In this document: positions 42,026 to 51,475 of the stretch, one piece after another
How the letters are laid out: each line of letters opens with the position of its first letter
Position numbering within the stretch: position 1 is the first letter of the stretch
Assembly: GCA_010021145.1 (NCBI GenBank)
Contig: RGRP01000001.1
Location: 1 to 52,290 of the forward strand
Source: Candidatus Fonsibacter lacus
GTDB taxonomy: Bacteria > Pseudomonadota > Alphaproteobacteria > Pelagibacterales > Pelagibacteraceae
Length of the DNA stretch: 52,290 nt
Direction of reading: 5' to 3'
The notes under the pieces: generated by a model
Databases searched by the model: none
The model's input: the letters and a program-made list of their open reading frames with translations, nothing else
What the model was told of the DNA's origin: nothing
Translations under genes and position numbers: made by a program

Positions 42026-42662
42026 GATTCAAATTTTTTTGATTATTCCTTAAAAGAGTATAAGCGATTGTTATTTCTTTTAATTTATTTTCAAATTTTT
42101 TATCACCAGAATTTGTATCTGGGTGATATTTTTTTACAAGTTTTTTAAATTGCTCTCTAATTTCGCTCCATTTTACATTACTTTTTAAATCTAATTTTTT
42201 TAAAGCCTCTATTTCTTTTGAGCTATAAATAGTTTTTTTTTCAAATTGTTTAAAATAATCTGCAGGAAAAATATCTTGTTCTTCTAAAATATTTCTCCAT
42301 ACTTTATTAAAAAAATTATCTTTTGAACCAAGTTTAGATGTTGGCTTGTGCCAGGTGATATCTGAATGAATAAATTCTTCAATTTTATCTTGTGACATTT
42401 CAGAGAAAAAGTCCCATTCGTGGTTATAAATTTTTATATGTTCTGAGCAGAACCATTTGTACTCACCCGCAATTTTTGAAGGCGCTTTAAATTCTCCTGG
42501 CTGCTTACATCGTTTCCAGTCACACGAATTATCGTTGGTCTTATTATGAATTTTTAAATGATCACCACAAAACCATTTATATTGTTTGTTGATATCCTTC
42601 TTTATAAGACCCTGACCCGAAGCTATCTCTTTGCATTTGCTCCATTCACAGATCTTTCTCAT
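42015..42662 (-). CDS. J-domain protein with duplicated N-terminal Cys/His domain
   Basis: C-terminal J domain (LVKKYHPD); two CxWxxC...YKWFCxxH units; overlaps the cobS start. Confidence 0.88.
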   Translation of the reverse strand: MRKICEWSKCKEIASGQGLIKKDINKQYKWFCGDHLKIHNKTNDNSCDWKRCKQPGEFKAPSKIAGEYKWFCSEHIKIYNHEWDFFSEMSQDKIEEFIHSDITWHKPTSKLGSKDNFFNKVWRNILEEQDIFPADYFKQFEKKTIYSSKEIEALKKLDLKSNVKWSEIREQFKKLVKKYHPDTNSGDKKFENKLKEITIAYTLLRNNQKNLNHGK

Positions 42663-42696
42663 TTGCGTAATTTTTTAAATTGATTAAAATTATTTT

Positions 42697-42954
42697 ATGT
42701 CGGATCTAAAATATATTATCTTAGATAAAATTAAACAAAATATCGTATGTGAGAATGTACAAGTGAATAATAAATCACATCTGCATCAGCATCATTCTCA
42801 ATCACCAAAAAATAATAATAGTCATTTCGAAGTAGTCATTTCTTCTGCAGAGCTTAAAAAATTAAAGACAGTAGATGCGCATAAAAAAATTTATAGTATT
42901 TTAAATGAAGAAATGAAAAATACTATTCACTCTTTAGAGATAAAAATTAACTAA
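42697..42954 (+). CDS. bolA: BolA-family protein
   Basis: N.SHLH..H, SHFEVVISS, H..IY..L..E...IH.L.I. Confidence 0.88.
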   Translation: MSDLKYIILDKIKQNIVCENVQVNNKSHLHQHHSQSPKNNNSHFEVVISSAELKKLKTVDAHKKIYSILNEEMKNTIHSLEIKIN

Positions 42955-44053
42955 ATTGCTCAACTAAAATAGGTTTGATATTTTTATTTAGGTCGGAAGG
43001 AACAATTTTAGCTTTTCCAATTTTATTTAATAAAATTAAGTTAATTTTAGAACCGGATATTTTTTTATCATGCTTCATGTAATTAAAAATTTTATTTATA
43101 TCTTTTTTTTTAAAAATATTTTTAATTTGATAATTAATATTTAATCTACGGTATAAATGCTTAATACGCTGATGTTCATTGATATTAAGCATTTTCATTT
43201 TTACAGATAAAGACGATGCAATCATCATTCCATATAAAACTGCTTCGCCATGAATAAGGTCATTTGAATATTTTTTTACTGCTTCAAAAGCATGGGCAAA
43301 AGTATGGCCAAAGTTCAGTATTGCTCTTAGATTTTTTTCCTTTTCATCTTTTTGAACAACAATCGCTTTGCTTTTACAACTTTCTTTAATTGCATGCATG
43401 ACTAGATTTATGTCGGTTAAATTAATTATTGAGTGAGAATTTTTTTCTAACCAAGAAAAGAATTTTGTATTCATAATTAAAGCATATTTTAAGATTTCAG
43501 CATAACCCGCAATTAAATGTCTATGGGGTAAACTTTTCAATGTTATTGGGTCAATTAGAACAAGCTTAGGCTGGTAAAAAGTTCCAATCATATTCTTGCC
43601 TTCACTAGAATTGATGCCGGTCTTTCCGCCGATCGAAGAATCTACCTGGGCTAACAAAGTTGTTGGGATTTGAACAAAATTAACACCTCTTTTAAATATA
43701 CTGCTTGCAAATCCTGATAAATCTCCAATAACACCGCCACCTAAAGCAATGACACAGTCATCACGATTAAAATTATATTTAAATAATTTTTTTAAAATTA
43801 AATTGGTAAAATTCATATTTTTTGATTTCTCACCAGCACTTAAAGTAAAGACGTATTTATTCTTAGACTTTATTGAAGATAGGATTGAACGGATATAAGA
43901 TTTTGGGATATTTTTATCTGTAATTAATAAAAATTTATTTGCTTTCGGAACAATTCTTTTTATTTCTGGACCTGTATTTTTTAATATATTTTTACCAATA
44001 ACAATTGGGTAGCTATTATTATTTAAATTAACTTTAATTGTTATTTTTTTCAT
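42947..44053 (-). CDS. aroB: 3-dehydroquinate synthase
   Basis: GEKSK, ALGGGVIGDL, PTTLLAQVDSSIGGKTG, KNMIG, LNFGHTFAHA, HGEAV, DKK. Confidence 0.97.
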   Translation of the reverse strand: MKKITIKVNLNNNSYPIVIGKNILKNTGPEIKRIVPKANKFLLITDKNIPKSYIRSILSSIKSKNKYVFTLSAGEKSKNMNFTNLILKKLFKYNFNRDDCVIALGGGVIGDLSGFASSIFKRGVNFVQIPTTLLAQVDSSIGGKTGINSSEGKNMIGTFYQPKLVLIDPITLKSLPHRHLIAGYAEILKYALIMNTKFFSWLEKNSHSIINLTDINLVMHAIKESCKSKAIVVQKDEKEKNLRAILNFGHTFAHAFEAVKKYSNDLIHGEAVLYGMMIASSLSVKMKMLNINEHQRIKHLYRRLNINYQIKNIFKKKDINKIFNYMKHDKKISGSKINLILLNKIGKAKIVPSDLNKNIKPILVEQFS

Positions 44054-44558
44054 AAAAATCTATAATCTTTTCAATAATTTTATTCTTACTATTTAAATTA
44101 CAATTTATTTCATAGTTGGCCAATTTATATATTGGATCTCTAGTTTTTTTTAAATTTTTAATACTTTTTTCAATATTATTTTGGTCTACCATTGGTCTTT
44201 TTTTAGCATTACGCTTAATACGACTAATAATCAAATCTTCATCCATATTAAGCCAAACAGATAGATATTCTTTTAAAATTTTTTTTCTAATAACTTCATT
44301 AATAAATGCCCCTCCACCTACTGAGATGATTTTTTCTTTATCATTCTTAATTTTTAAAAAAATCTTTTCTTCTAACTCTCTAAAATATTTTTCTCCATTT
44401 TCTCTAAAAATTTCAGCAATAGTAAGATTTGCATCATCTTCTATTAATGTATCGGTATCAACAAATTCAATTTTTAATTTCTTTGCAACTTCTTTTCCAA
44501 TGGTACTTTTGCCAGTACCCATCATTCCAACCAATACTAAGCTTTTATGCGTTGCCAT
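44034..44558 (-). CDS. aroK: Shikimate kinase
   Basis: GMMGTGKSTIG, DTD, GEKYFRELE, GGG, RP. Confidence 0.95.
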   Translation of the reverse strand: MATHKSLVLVGMMGTGKSTIGKEVAKKLKIEFVDTDTLIEDDANLTIAEIFRENGEKYFRELEEKIFLKIKNDKEKIISVGGGAFINEVIRKKILKEYLSVWLNMDEDLIISRIKRNAKKRPMVDQNNIEKSIKNLKKTRDPIYKLANYEINCNLNSKNKIIEKIIDFYEKNNN

Positions 44559-44617
44559 TATTGAATGAATAATTTATTAACATAATTCTAATTGAAATAT
44601 TATATAATTAATCTGCT

Positions 44618-44776
44618 ATGCCTTTTAGAACTTCAATACAAATTATTTTAGCTACCATAGCTATCTTGGTGGCTATTCTTTGCATTCTTTATTATTTTGG
44701 TTCAAAAGATATTGTTTTAGAAAAAACAAAAGTTATTGAAAAAATTCCAGTAGAGAAATTAAATATAGTTAAATAA
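44618..44776 (+). CDS. Small single-pass membrane protein, 52 aa (below the ORF-track cutoff)
   Basis: ATG 44618 to TAA 44774-44776: MPFRTSIQIILATIAILVAILCILYYFGSKDIVLEKTKVIEKIPVEKLNIVK; fills the otherwise empty 225-nt gap, divergent from aroK. Confidence 0.7.
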   Translation: MPFRTSIQIILATIAILVAILCILYYFGSKDIVLEKTKVIEKIPVEKLNIVK

Positions 44777-44783
44777 AAAGGGC

Positions 44784-46400
44784 TTATCTAGCTTCTGATC
44801 TAATAATTTCGTTATAGGCTGGAACAGTTAAAAAATCTTCAAATTGATTAGCAATTGACATTTCTTCAAACATCTTTGCAGCACGTTCGTAGTTACCTTT
44901 TTCAAACTTTAGTTCACCCACTTCTTTTTTAATCTGGACCATTTCTTCTTTAACAATTTTTTTTACATATGCTGGATCAATTGTTTTGCCATCAATAGTT
45001 TTGCATTGGTGTTTATTCCACTGCCATACTTGCGCTCGCGAAATTTCAGCAGTAGCGGCATCTTCCATTAAATTATAAAGAGGAACACATCCATTACCAC
45101 CTAGCCATGCAGCTAAATATTGAATTCCTACAGAAATATTTTTTCTAAGACCTTCCTCAGTTATGTCTCCTTTTTCTGCTAATAATAAATCTTTAGCTTC
45201 AATATTGATATTACTAGGAACTTTATTAATCTGATTTGCTTGAGGCATTTTTTCATCAAAGACATCTTTTGCAATTTTCACTAAACCAGGATGAGCGACC
45301 CAAGTACCATCATGGCCATCGTTAGCTTCTCTTAATTTATCTTGTTTTACGGCGTCCATTGCTTTTTGATTTAAAGTCTCGTTGTCTTTAATTGGAATTT
45401 GAGCAGCCATTCCACCCATTGCGTGAGCGCCTCTGCGATGACAAGTCTTAATCAATAATAAACTATATGATCTTAAAAAATGCGACGTCATTTTAACAAT
45501 TGATCTGTCCGGTAATAAGAAATCTTTAAAGTTTTTAAATTTTTTAATATAGCTGAAAATATAATCCCATCTTCCACAGTTCAGCCCCACAATGTGATCT
45601 TTTAATTCAAATAAAATCTCATCCATCTCAAAAGAGGCAAGAATTGTTTCAATTAGGACTGTTGCTTTAATTGTCCCGTGCTTGATGCCTAATTTTTTTT
45701 GTGCTTCTGTAAATACATCGTTCCAAAGCCTAGCTTCAAGATGACTTTCCATTTTTGGTAAATAAAAATAAGGGCCTGTTCCATTTTGCAAAAGTTGTTT
45801 TGCGTTATGATAAAAATAGATTGCAAAATCAAATATACCACCTGAGCATTTTTCATTATCAACTAAGAAATGCGCTTCATCTAAGTGCCATCCTCTAGGT
45901 CTTACAATAAGGACGGCATGTTTTTCATTTAATTTATATTCTTTACCAGTCGCCTTATCTGTAAAATTAATTTTTTTATTAATAGCATTCTTCAAATTAA
46001 TTTGACCTTCAATAACATTATTCCAAGCTGGAGTTGCAGAATCTTCAAGATCCGCCATAAAACAGCTAGCCCCAGAATTAAGAGCATTGATAATCATTTT
46101 TTGATTTGTAGGGCCTGTAATTTCAACTCTACGATCTTGCAAATCTTTTGGAACGCCTAAAATTTTCCAATCTTTTTCTCTGATAGATTTTGTCTCATCC
46201 AAAAAATTAGGACGCCAACCCCCATCAATTTTTTTTTGAATTTCTTGTCTACGTTTTAACAGTTCAAGTCTGCGAGAATTAAATTTTCGATGTAAATCTG
46301 CTACAAACTCTAAACAATCTAAAGTTAAAATTTCTTCAAATTCTTTAGAAATTTTTCCTGTAATAGTGGTATTTTTTGGAAAAGATTTCATATAGGCCAC
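44784..46400 (-). CDS. aceB: Malate synthase A
   Basis: DRRVEITGP, DLEDS, RPRGWHL, GPYFYLPKME, LNCGRWDYIFS, HAMGGMAA, DGTWVAHP, LMEDAATAEISR; about 535 aa is MSA size (start may be ATG 46391). Confidence 0.96.
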   Translation of the reverse strand: MAYMKSFPKNTTITGKISKEFEEILTLDCLEFVADLHRKFNSRRLELLKRRQEIQKKIDGGWRPNFLDETKSIREKDWKILGVPKDLQDRRVEITGPTNQKMIINALNSGASCFMADLEDSATPAWNNVIEGQINLKNAINKKINFTDKATGKEYKLNEKHAVLIVRPRGWHLDEAHFLVDNEKCSGGIFDFAIYFYHNAKQLLQNGTGPYFYLPKMESHLEARLWNDVFTEAQKKLGIKHGTIKATVLIETILASFEMDEILFELKDHIVGLNCGRWDYIFSYIKKFKNFKDFLLPDRSIVKMTSHFLRSYSLLLIKTCHRRGAHAMGGMAAQIPIKDNETLNQKAMDAVKQDKLREANDGHDGTWVAHPGLVKIAKDVFDEKMPQANQINKVPSNINIEAKDLLLAEKGDITEEGLRKNISVGIQYLAAWLGGNGCVPLYNLMEDAATAEISRAQVWQWNKHQCKTIDGKTIDPAYVKKIVKEEMVQIKKEVGELKFEKGNYERAAKMFEEMSIANQFEDFLTVPAYNEIIRSEAR

Positions 46401-46452
46401 AATTTATATATAAACTTTATCCGAACTCAATATGTATAAAAAAAATTATTAA

Positions 46453-47559
46453 ATGAATTATTTAGATTTTGAAGACGATATTAAAGCATTAGATCAAAGA
46501 GTTCAGGAATTAAAAGCCCCTTATCTTGCTAAAGGCATCAATGTTATTGAAAATCCTACAGTAGTAGATGCCGAAAGAAGATTAAACGAGGAAATAGAAA
46601 AAGCTTATGCAAATCTCAATCGTTGGCAAAAAACAAAAGTAGCAAGGCATGAATTTAGACCACGTTCTATCCACTATATTCAAAAGATTTTTCCAGATTT
46701 TACAAATTTATCCGGAGACCGTTTGTATGGGGAAGATCAATCGGTATTAGCAGGCTTTGCAACTCTTGATGGGGTTTCAGTTTTAGTGATTGGTCAAGAA
46801 AAAGGAAATGATACTCAGTCTAGAATTCAAAGAAATTTTGGAATGATGAGACCTGAAGGATATCGTAAGAGCATGCGATTAATGAATCTTGCAGATAGAC
46901 TTAACATTCCAATTATAACATTTATAGATACGCCAGGCGCTTATCCTGGAAAAGGAGCAGAAGAACGAGGACAAGCAGAGGCGATCGCAAAATGTATTGA
47001 GTGTTGTCTAAATGTAAAAGTTCCAATGATTTCTGTTGTTATAGGAGAGGGCGGCTCAGGAGGCGCTATTGCCCTTGCAACTGCTAATAAAGTTTTAATG
47101 TTAGAATATTCTGTTTATTCCGTAATATCCCCAGAAGGATGCGCATCTATTCTTTGGCGAGATCCAAAAAAAGCAAAAGAAGCTGCAGAGGCTATGAAAA
47201 TTTCTTCACAAGATTTATATGAAAATAAAATTATTGATGAAATTATTAAAGAGCCAAAAGGTGGAGCCCATCGAAATCATGATGAAATGATTACAAACGT
47301 GACGATGAGTATAAAGAAAAATTTAAATGAATTAATGAAAATATCTGCCGAAGAGCTTATTTATCAACGAAAAAATAGATTTTTAAGTATAGGCAGAGAT
47401 GTGATGATTACTAAAGAAGAATTCTACAAAGATACACATATTAACACCGTTACTTTTAATCCGTTTAATTGGAAATTATTACTTCAAAATAATCGAAGAT
47501 TAGTTGCAACAGTTGTTGTTATTATAATTTTATTTATTTTAGCTTTAATCTTTGCTTAA
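46453..47559 (+). CDS. accA: Acetyl-CoA carboxylase carboxyltransferase alpha, with C-terminal hydrophobic extension
   Basis: YLDFE, RNFGM..PEGYRK, DTPGAYPG..AEERGQ, GEGGSGGA, YSVISPEGCASILW. Confidence 0.96.
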   Translation: MNYLDFEDDIKALDQRVQELKAPYLAKGINVIENPTVVDAERRLNEEIEKAYANLNRWQKTKVARHEFRPRSIHYIQKIFPDFTNLSGDRLYGEDQSVLAGFATLDGVSVLVIGQEKGNDTQSRIQRNFGMMRPEGYRKSMRLMNLADRLNIPIITFIDTPGAYPGKGAEERGQAEAIAKCIECCLNVKVPMISVVIGEGGSGGAIALATANKVLMLEYSVYSVISPEGCASILWRDPKKAKEAAEAMKISSQDLYENKIIDEIIKEPKGGAHRNHDEMITNVTMSIKKNLNELMKISAEELIYQRKNRFLSIGRDVMITKEEFYKDTHINTVTFNPFNWKLLLQNNRRLVATVVVIIILFILALIFA

Positions 47560-50130
47560 AGCTCCGCAGCAGTTTTTATATTTTTTTCCAGATCCGCAAG
47601 TGCAAGGAGCATTTCTTGAGATCTTTTCTTGAATCGTAGGTTGTTGGTGTTGAGAAGGCTTTTCTTCTTTTGTTACTTGAATATTAATCAAAAACATAAT
47701 TAAATTTTCCTTAATTTTTGAAAGCAAATCTTTAAATAAATTAAAACTTTCTCTCTTGTATTCATCCAATGGGTTTTTTTGACCGTAGCCTCTAAGACCA
47801 ATCACCTGTCTTAATTGTTCAAGATATTGCAAGTGACTTCTCCATTCGTAATCAAGATTTTGTAAGAAAATTCTCTTTTCGACATCTTTATTTATTTCGT
47901 CCCCGGCGGTTGTAATTCTTGCATTTCTTCTTTGATCAAAGTGGTTTTTTAAAAATTCTTTCTGTTCATCACTACTTTTTGAAAGCCAAGAATTAAAATC
48001 ATTTTCATCAATTTTAGTTCCGCATAAGCGCTCTGTCTTTGTTTTAATTAATTTTTTAGTATTAGCATCAGCATTTTCTCTATAATTACGTATTTCATTA
48101 ATTAAGTTTTCTACAATTTCTTCAAAAACATCGTTTACAACATTATAAATATTTGGATTTTTTATAACTCCTAATCTTTGCTCGAAAATTACTTTTCTTT
48201 GATCATTCATCACGTCATCAAACTGCAATAAAGTTTTTCTAATATCAAAATTTCTTCCCTCAACTTTTTGTTGTGCTTTTTCTAAGGCTTTATTGATCCA
48301 AGGGTGATCAATAGATTCTCCTTCTTTAAGACCTAGCTTTTGTAACATAAAATCAATTTTTTCAGATCCAAAGATTCTCATCAGATCATCTTGTAAGCTT
48401 AAATAAAAAATAGAAGCGCCCATATCACCTTGTCTTCCAGTTCTGCCTCTTAATTGATTATCTATTCTTCTGCTTTCATGACGTTCAGTTCCAATAACAA
48501 ATAATCCCCCACTAGCTAATACTTTGGCTTTTTCTTCCTCATGTTCTTGTTTGGTTTTTTCAACTAAAATTTTATCATTAGTTCCACCTTCTTTAATTTT
48601 TAAATCTAAATTACCACCCAGCTGTATATCAGTTCCTCTACCGGCCATATTGGTTGCAATGGTAACCGCTCCAACTCTTCCTGCTTGAGCAATAATATTT
48701 GCCTCTTGCTCATGAAATTTTGCGTTTAAAACATTATGTTTTATAGATTCTTGTTTTAAAATTTTTGAGATTCTTTCAGATTTTTCAATGCTAGTAGTTC
48801 CAATTAAAACAGGTTGTTTTTTTTCATTAGCTGCAACAATTTGTTTTATAATTGCATCAAATTTTTCTTTTTCAGTTCTAAAAATTTTATCATTAAAATC
48901 TTTTCTGACCATCGGCCTATTGGTTGGCACCTCAACTACATCTAGTTTATAAATTTCATAAAATTCTTCAGCCTCAGTCATCGCAGTTCCTGTCATACCC
49001 GAAAGTTTTTCATATAATCTAAAATAATTTTGAAATGTTATTGAAGCTAAGGTTTGATTTTCATTTTGAATTTGAACTCCTTCTTTTGCTTCGATTGCTT
49101 GATGTAAACCATCTGAATATCGTCTACCTTCCATAATACGGCCTGTAAATTCATCGATAATATAAATTTGATTATCTTTGACGATATAGTCTTTATCTTT
49201 AGTAAAAAGCATATTTGCTTTTAAAGATTGATTTATGTGATGAACAATAGATAAATTTTGTGGGTCGTAGAAGTTGGCGCCTTTTAATAAATTTATTTTT
49301 TTTAATTTGTCTTCAATAAAATCTATTCCTTTTTCAGTTAGTAAGGCGCTTCGATCTTTTTCATCAATATCGTAATGTTCCTTGCTTAATTGATTAACTA
49401 ATTTGTTGCATAAAAAATATTGAGAGGAGTTGTCTTCTGTAGGTCCAGAAATAATTAAAGGGGTTCTGGCTTCATCAATTAAAATACTATCCACTTCATC
49501 AACAATACAGAAATAATGTTTTCGCTGCACCATTTCAGCAATAGAATACTTCATGTTGTCTCTTAGATAATCAAATCCAAATTCATTATTAGTTCCATAA
49601 GTGATGTCACATTCATATTGGGCTTTTCTACTAACATCGTCGATGCCATTGATGATGCAGCCAACACTTACGCCTAAAAAATTATAAATTTTCGACATCC
49701 ACTCAGAGTCACGTTTTGCAAGATAATCATTTACGGTTACAACGTGTACACCTTTTTCTGTTAAGCTATTTAAGTAGGCAGGTAAAGTTGCAACTAGTGT
49801 TTTTCCCTCCCCAGTTTTCATTTCTGAAATATTTCCTTGATGAAGAATAATTCCACCAAGTAATTGAACGTCAAAATGTCTTTGTCCTGTAGTTCTAACG
49901 CTTGCCTCACGAACACATGCAAATGCTTCCGGCAAAATTTTATTTAAATTTTCTCCATTTTTAATTCTTTTTTTAAATTCTTGTGTTTTATTTTTTAGTT
50001 CTTCATCCGAAAGTTTTTGGATATCTGGCTCTAATGAATTAATTTTTTGAACCAACGGCTGTATTTCAAGAAGCTTACGCTCATTAGATGTTTTAAATAT
50101 TTTTTTTAAAATGTTTAAACCGGGTATCAT
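47545..50130 (-). CDS. secA: Preprotein translocase ATPase SecA
   Basis: EMKTGEGKT, DEVDSILIDEARTPLIIS, ATNMAGRGTDI, RRIDNQLRGR, SEC-C motif CTCGSGKKYKNCC. Confidence 0.98.
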   Translation of the reverse strand: MIPGLNILKKIFKTSNERKLLEIQPLVQKINSLEPDIQKLSDEELKNKTQEFKKRIKNGENLNKILPEAFACVREASVRTTGQRHFDVQLLGGIILHQGNISEMKTGEGKTLVATLPAYLNSLTEKGVHVVTVNDYLAKRDSEWMSKIYNFLGVSVGCIINGIDDVSRKAQYECDITYGTNNEFGFDYLRDNMKYSIAEMVQRKHYFCIVDEVDSILIDEARTPLIISGPTEDNSSQYFLCNKLVNQLSKEHYDIDEKDRSALLTEKGIDFIEDKLKKINLLKGANFYDPQNLSIVHHINQSLKANMLFTKDKDYIVKDNQIYIIDEFTGRIMEGRRYSDGLHQAIEAKEGVQIQNENQTLASITFQNYFRLYEKLSGMTGTAMTEAEEFYEIYKLDVVEVPTNRPMVRKDFNDKIFRTEKEKFDAIIKQIVAANEKKQPVLIGTTSIEKSERISKILKQESIKHNVLNAKFHEQEANIIAQAGRVGAVTIATNMAGRGTDIQLGGNLDLKIKEGGTNDKILVEKTKQEHEEEKAKVLASGGLFVIGTERHESRRIDNQLRGRTGRQGDMGASIFYLSLQDDLMRIFGSEKIDFMLQKLGLKEGESIDHPWINKALEKAQQKVEGRNFDIRKTLLQFDDVMNDQRKVIFEQRLGVIKNPNIYNVVNDVFEEIVENLINEIRNYRENADANTKKLIKTKTERLCGTKIDENDFNSWLSKSSDEQKEFLKNHFDQRRNARITTAGDEINKDVEKRIFLQNLDYEWRSHLQYLEQLRQVIGLRGYGQKNPLDEYKRESFNLFKDLLSKIKENLIMFLINIQVTKEEKPSQHQQPTIQEKISRNAPCTCGSGKKYKNCCGALSKD

Positions 50131-50212
50131 TTTGAGATATTATTATAGATAAATTAAATAGTATAAATTTAGCAACTACCTTATAACTGAAAAAATACTA
50201 AATAAAATACAC

Positions 50213-51475
50213 ATGACTACGCTATTTCAAAACTTTTTTAAGAAAAAACAACTTAATAGAGTTACTAAAGATTTTCCAGAAATGCCAAGTATTGATGGAC
50301 TGGAGATTTCAACCGTAAGCGCAGGCTTATATAACGCGAGCAGAGATGATGTAAGTTTATTTTATTTTCCAGATGGAGCAATATTTTCAGGAGTCTATAC
50401 AAAGTCTTCAACAAGATCGGTTTGTATTGATTGGAATGTTAAAGCGAATAAAAAAGATATTAGAGCCTTATTAGTTAACACTAGAAATGCTAATGCATAT
50501 ACGGGCAAGCAAGGATTGAACAGTATTATTGAACTGTCAAAATTCTTTTCAGATAAAAAAAAAATTTCAAATAAACAAATCTTATTTGCATCCACAGGAG
50601 TTATTGGTCAGCCATTTCCACTTGCAAAAATTAAGGGCGCCCTTCCTAGTTTGATAGAAAAATTAAAAAGACCTATAAAATTAACTTGGATTAAGCAGGC
50701 TTTATCTATTATGACCACAGATACGTTTGGAAAAATGAGCTGTGCAGTTGTGCAAACGAATAAAGATTTTATAAATATAGCAGGTATTGCAAAAGGTTCA
50801 GGAATGATAGCGCCAAACATGGCAACAATGTTTGGTTTTATTTTTACTGACGCGAATATTTCTCAAGATGTTCTAAATAAAATGTTGAAAAGAAATACCG
50901 AAAATACATTTAATGCAATTACAGTGGATGGAGATACTTCAACAAATGATATGGTTTTAGTTTTTTCAACTAAAAAAGCAAAGAATAGAATTATTAACGA
51001 TATTAATTCTAAAGTCGCAAAAGATTTTGAAAAAGCACTTTATGAAGTCATGTTAGACCTTTCAAAACAAGTTGTTTTAGATGGGGAAGGAGCTAAAAAA
51101 TTTCTCACCATTAATGTAACAGGCGCTTCTAATGATAAATTTGCAAAAGAAGTTGCCATGTCCATTGCAAACTCTCCTCTCGTGAAAACAGCACTGGCAG
51201 GAAGCGATCCTAATTGGGGTAGAATTTTAATGGCTGTTGGCAAGACTAATGAAAAAATAAAAAAAGAAAAAATTGAAATTAAAATTGGGGATTCTTTAAT
51301 TACAAAATACGGAATGCAGGTCCCAAGTTATGATGAGCAAAAAGTTAAAAATTATATGCTTGGGGACGATATTGTCTTTGATGTAAATTTAAATTTAGGT
51401 AAGGGAAAATTTACTGCTTATACTTGTGATTTTAATGCAGAATATATTTCAATTAATGCAGATTATAGATCTTAA
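50213..51475 (+). CDS. argJ: Bifunctional ornithine acetyltransferase / N-acetylglutamate synthase
   Basis: [63 protein letters not shown]. Confidence 0.96.
   Translation: MTTLFQNFFKKKQLNRVTKDFPEMPSIDGLEISTVSAGLYNASRDDVSLFYFPDGAIFSGVYTKSSTRSVCIDWNVKANKKDIRALLVNTRNANAYTGKQGLNSIIELSKFFSDKKKISNKQILFASTGVIGQPFPLAKIKGALPSLIEKLKRPIKLTWIKQALSIMTTDTFGKMSCAVVQTNKDFINIAGIAKGSGMIAPNMATMFGFIFTDANISQDVLNKMLKRNTENTFNAITVDGDTSTNDMVLVFSTKKAKNRIINDINSKVAKDFEKALYEVMLDLSKQVVLDGEGAKKFLTINVTGASNDKFAKEVAMSIANSPLVKTALAGSDPNWGRILMAVGKTNEKIKKEKIEIKIGDSLITKYGMQVPSYDEQKVKNYMLGDDIVFDVNLNLGKGKFTAYTCDFNAEYISINADYRS

Noticed and set aside
44116-44568. 150-aa ORF antisense to aroK, and the other short antisense ORFs in the track (e.g. 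2192-2443, 20390-20680, 30124-30444, 31632-32027, 51426-51677)
   Set aside because: They lie opposite well-conserved genes, show the Ile/Phe/Ser/Leu bias of shadow frames and have no recognisable motifs.
44575-44602. dif-like half site (TATTAACATAA resembles the XerD arm) in the aroK spacer
   Set aside because: No plausible XerC arm after the 6-nt spacer; a 9/11 match is expected by chance in AT-rich DNA.
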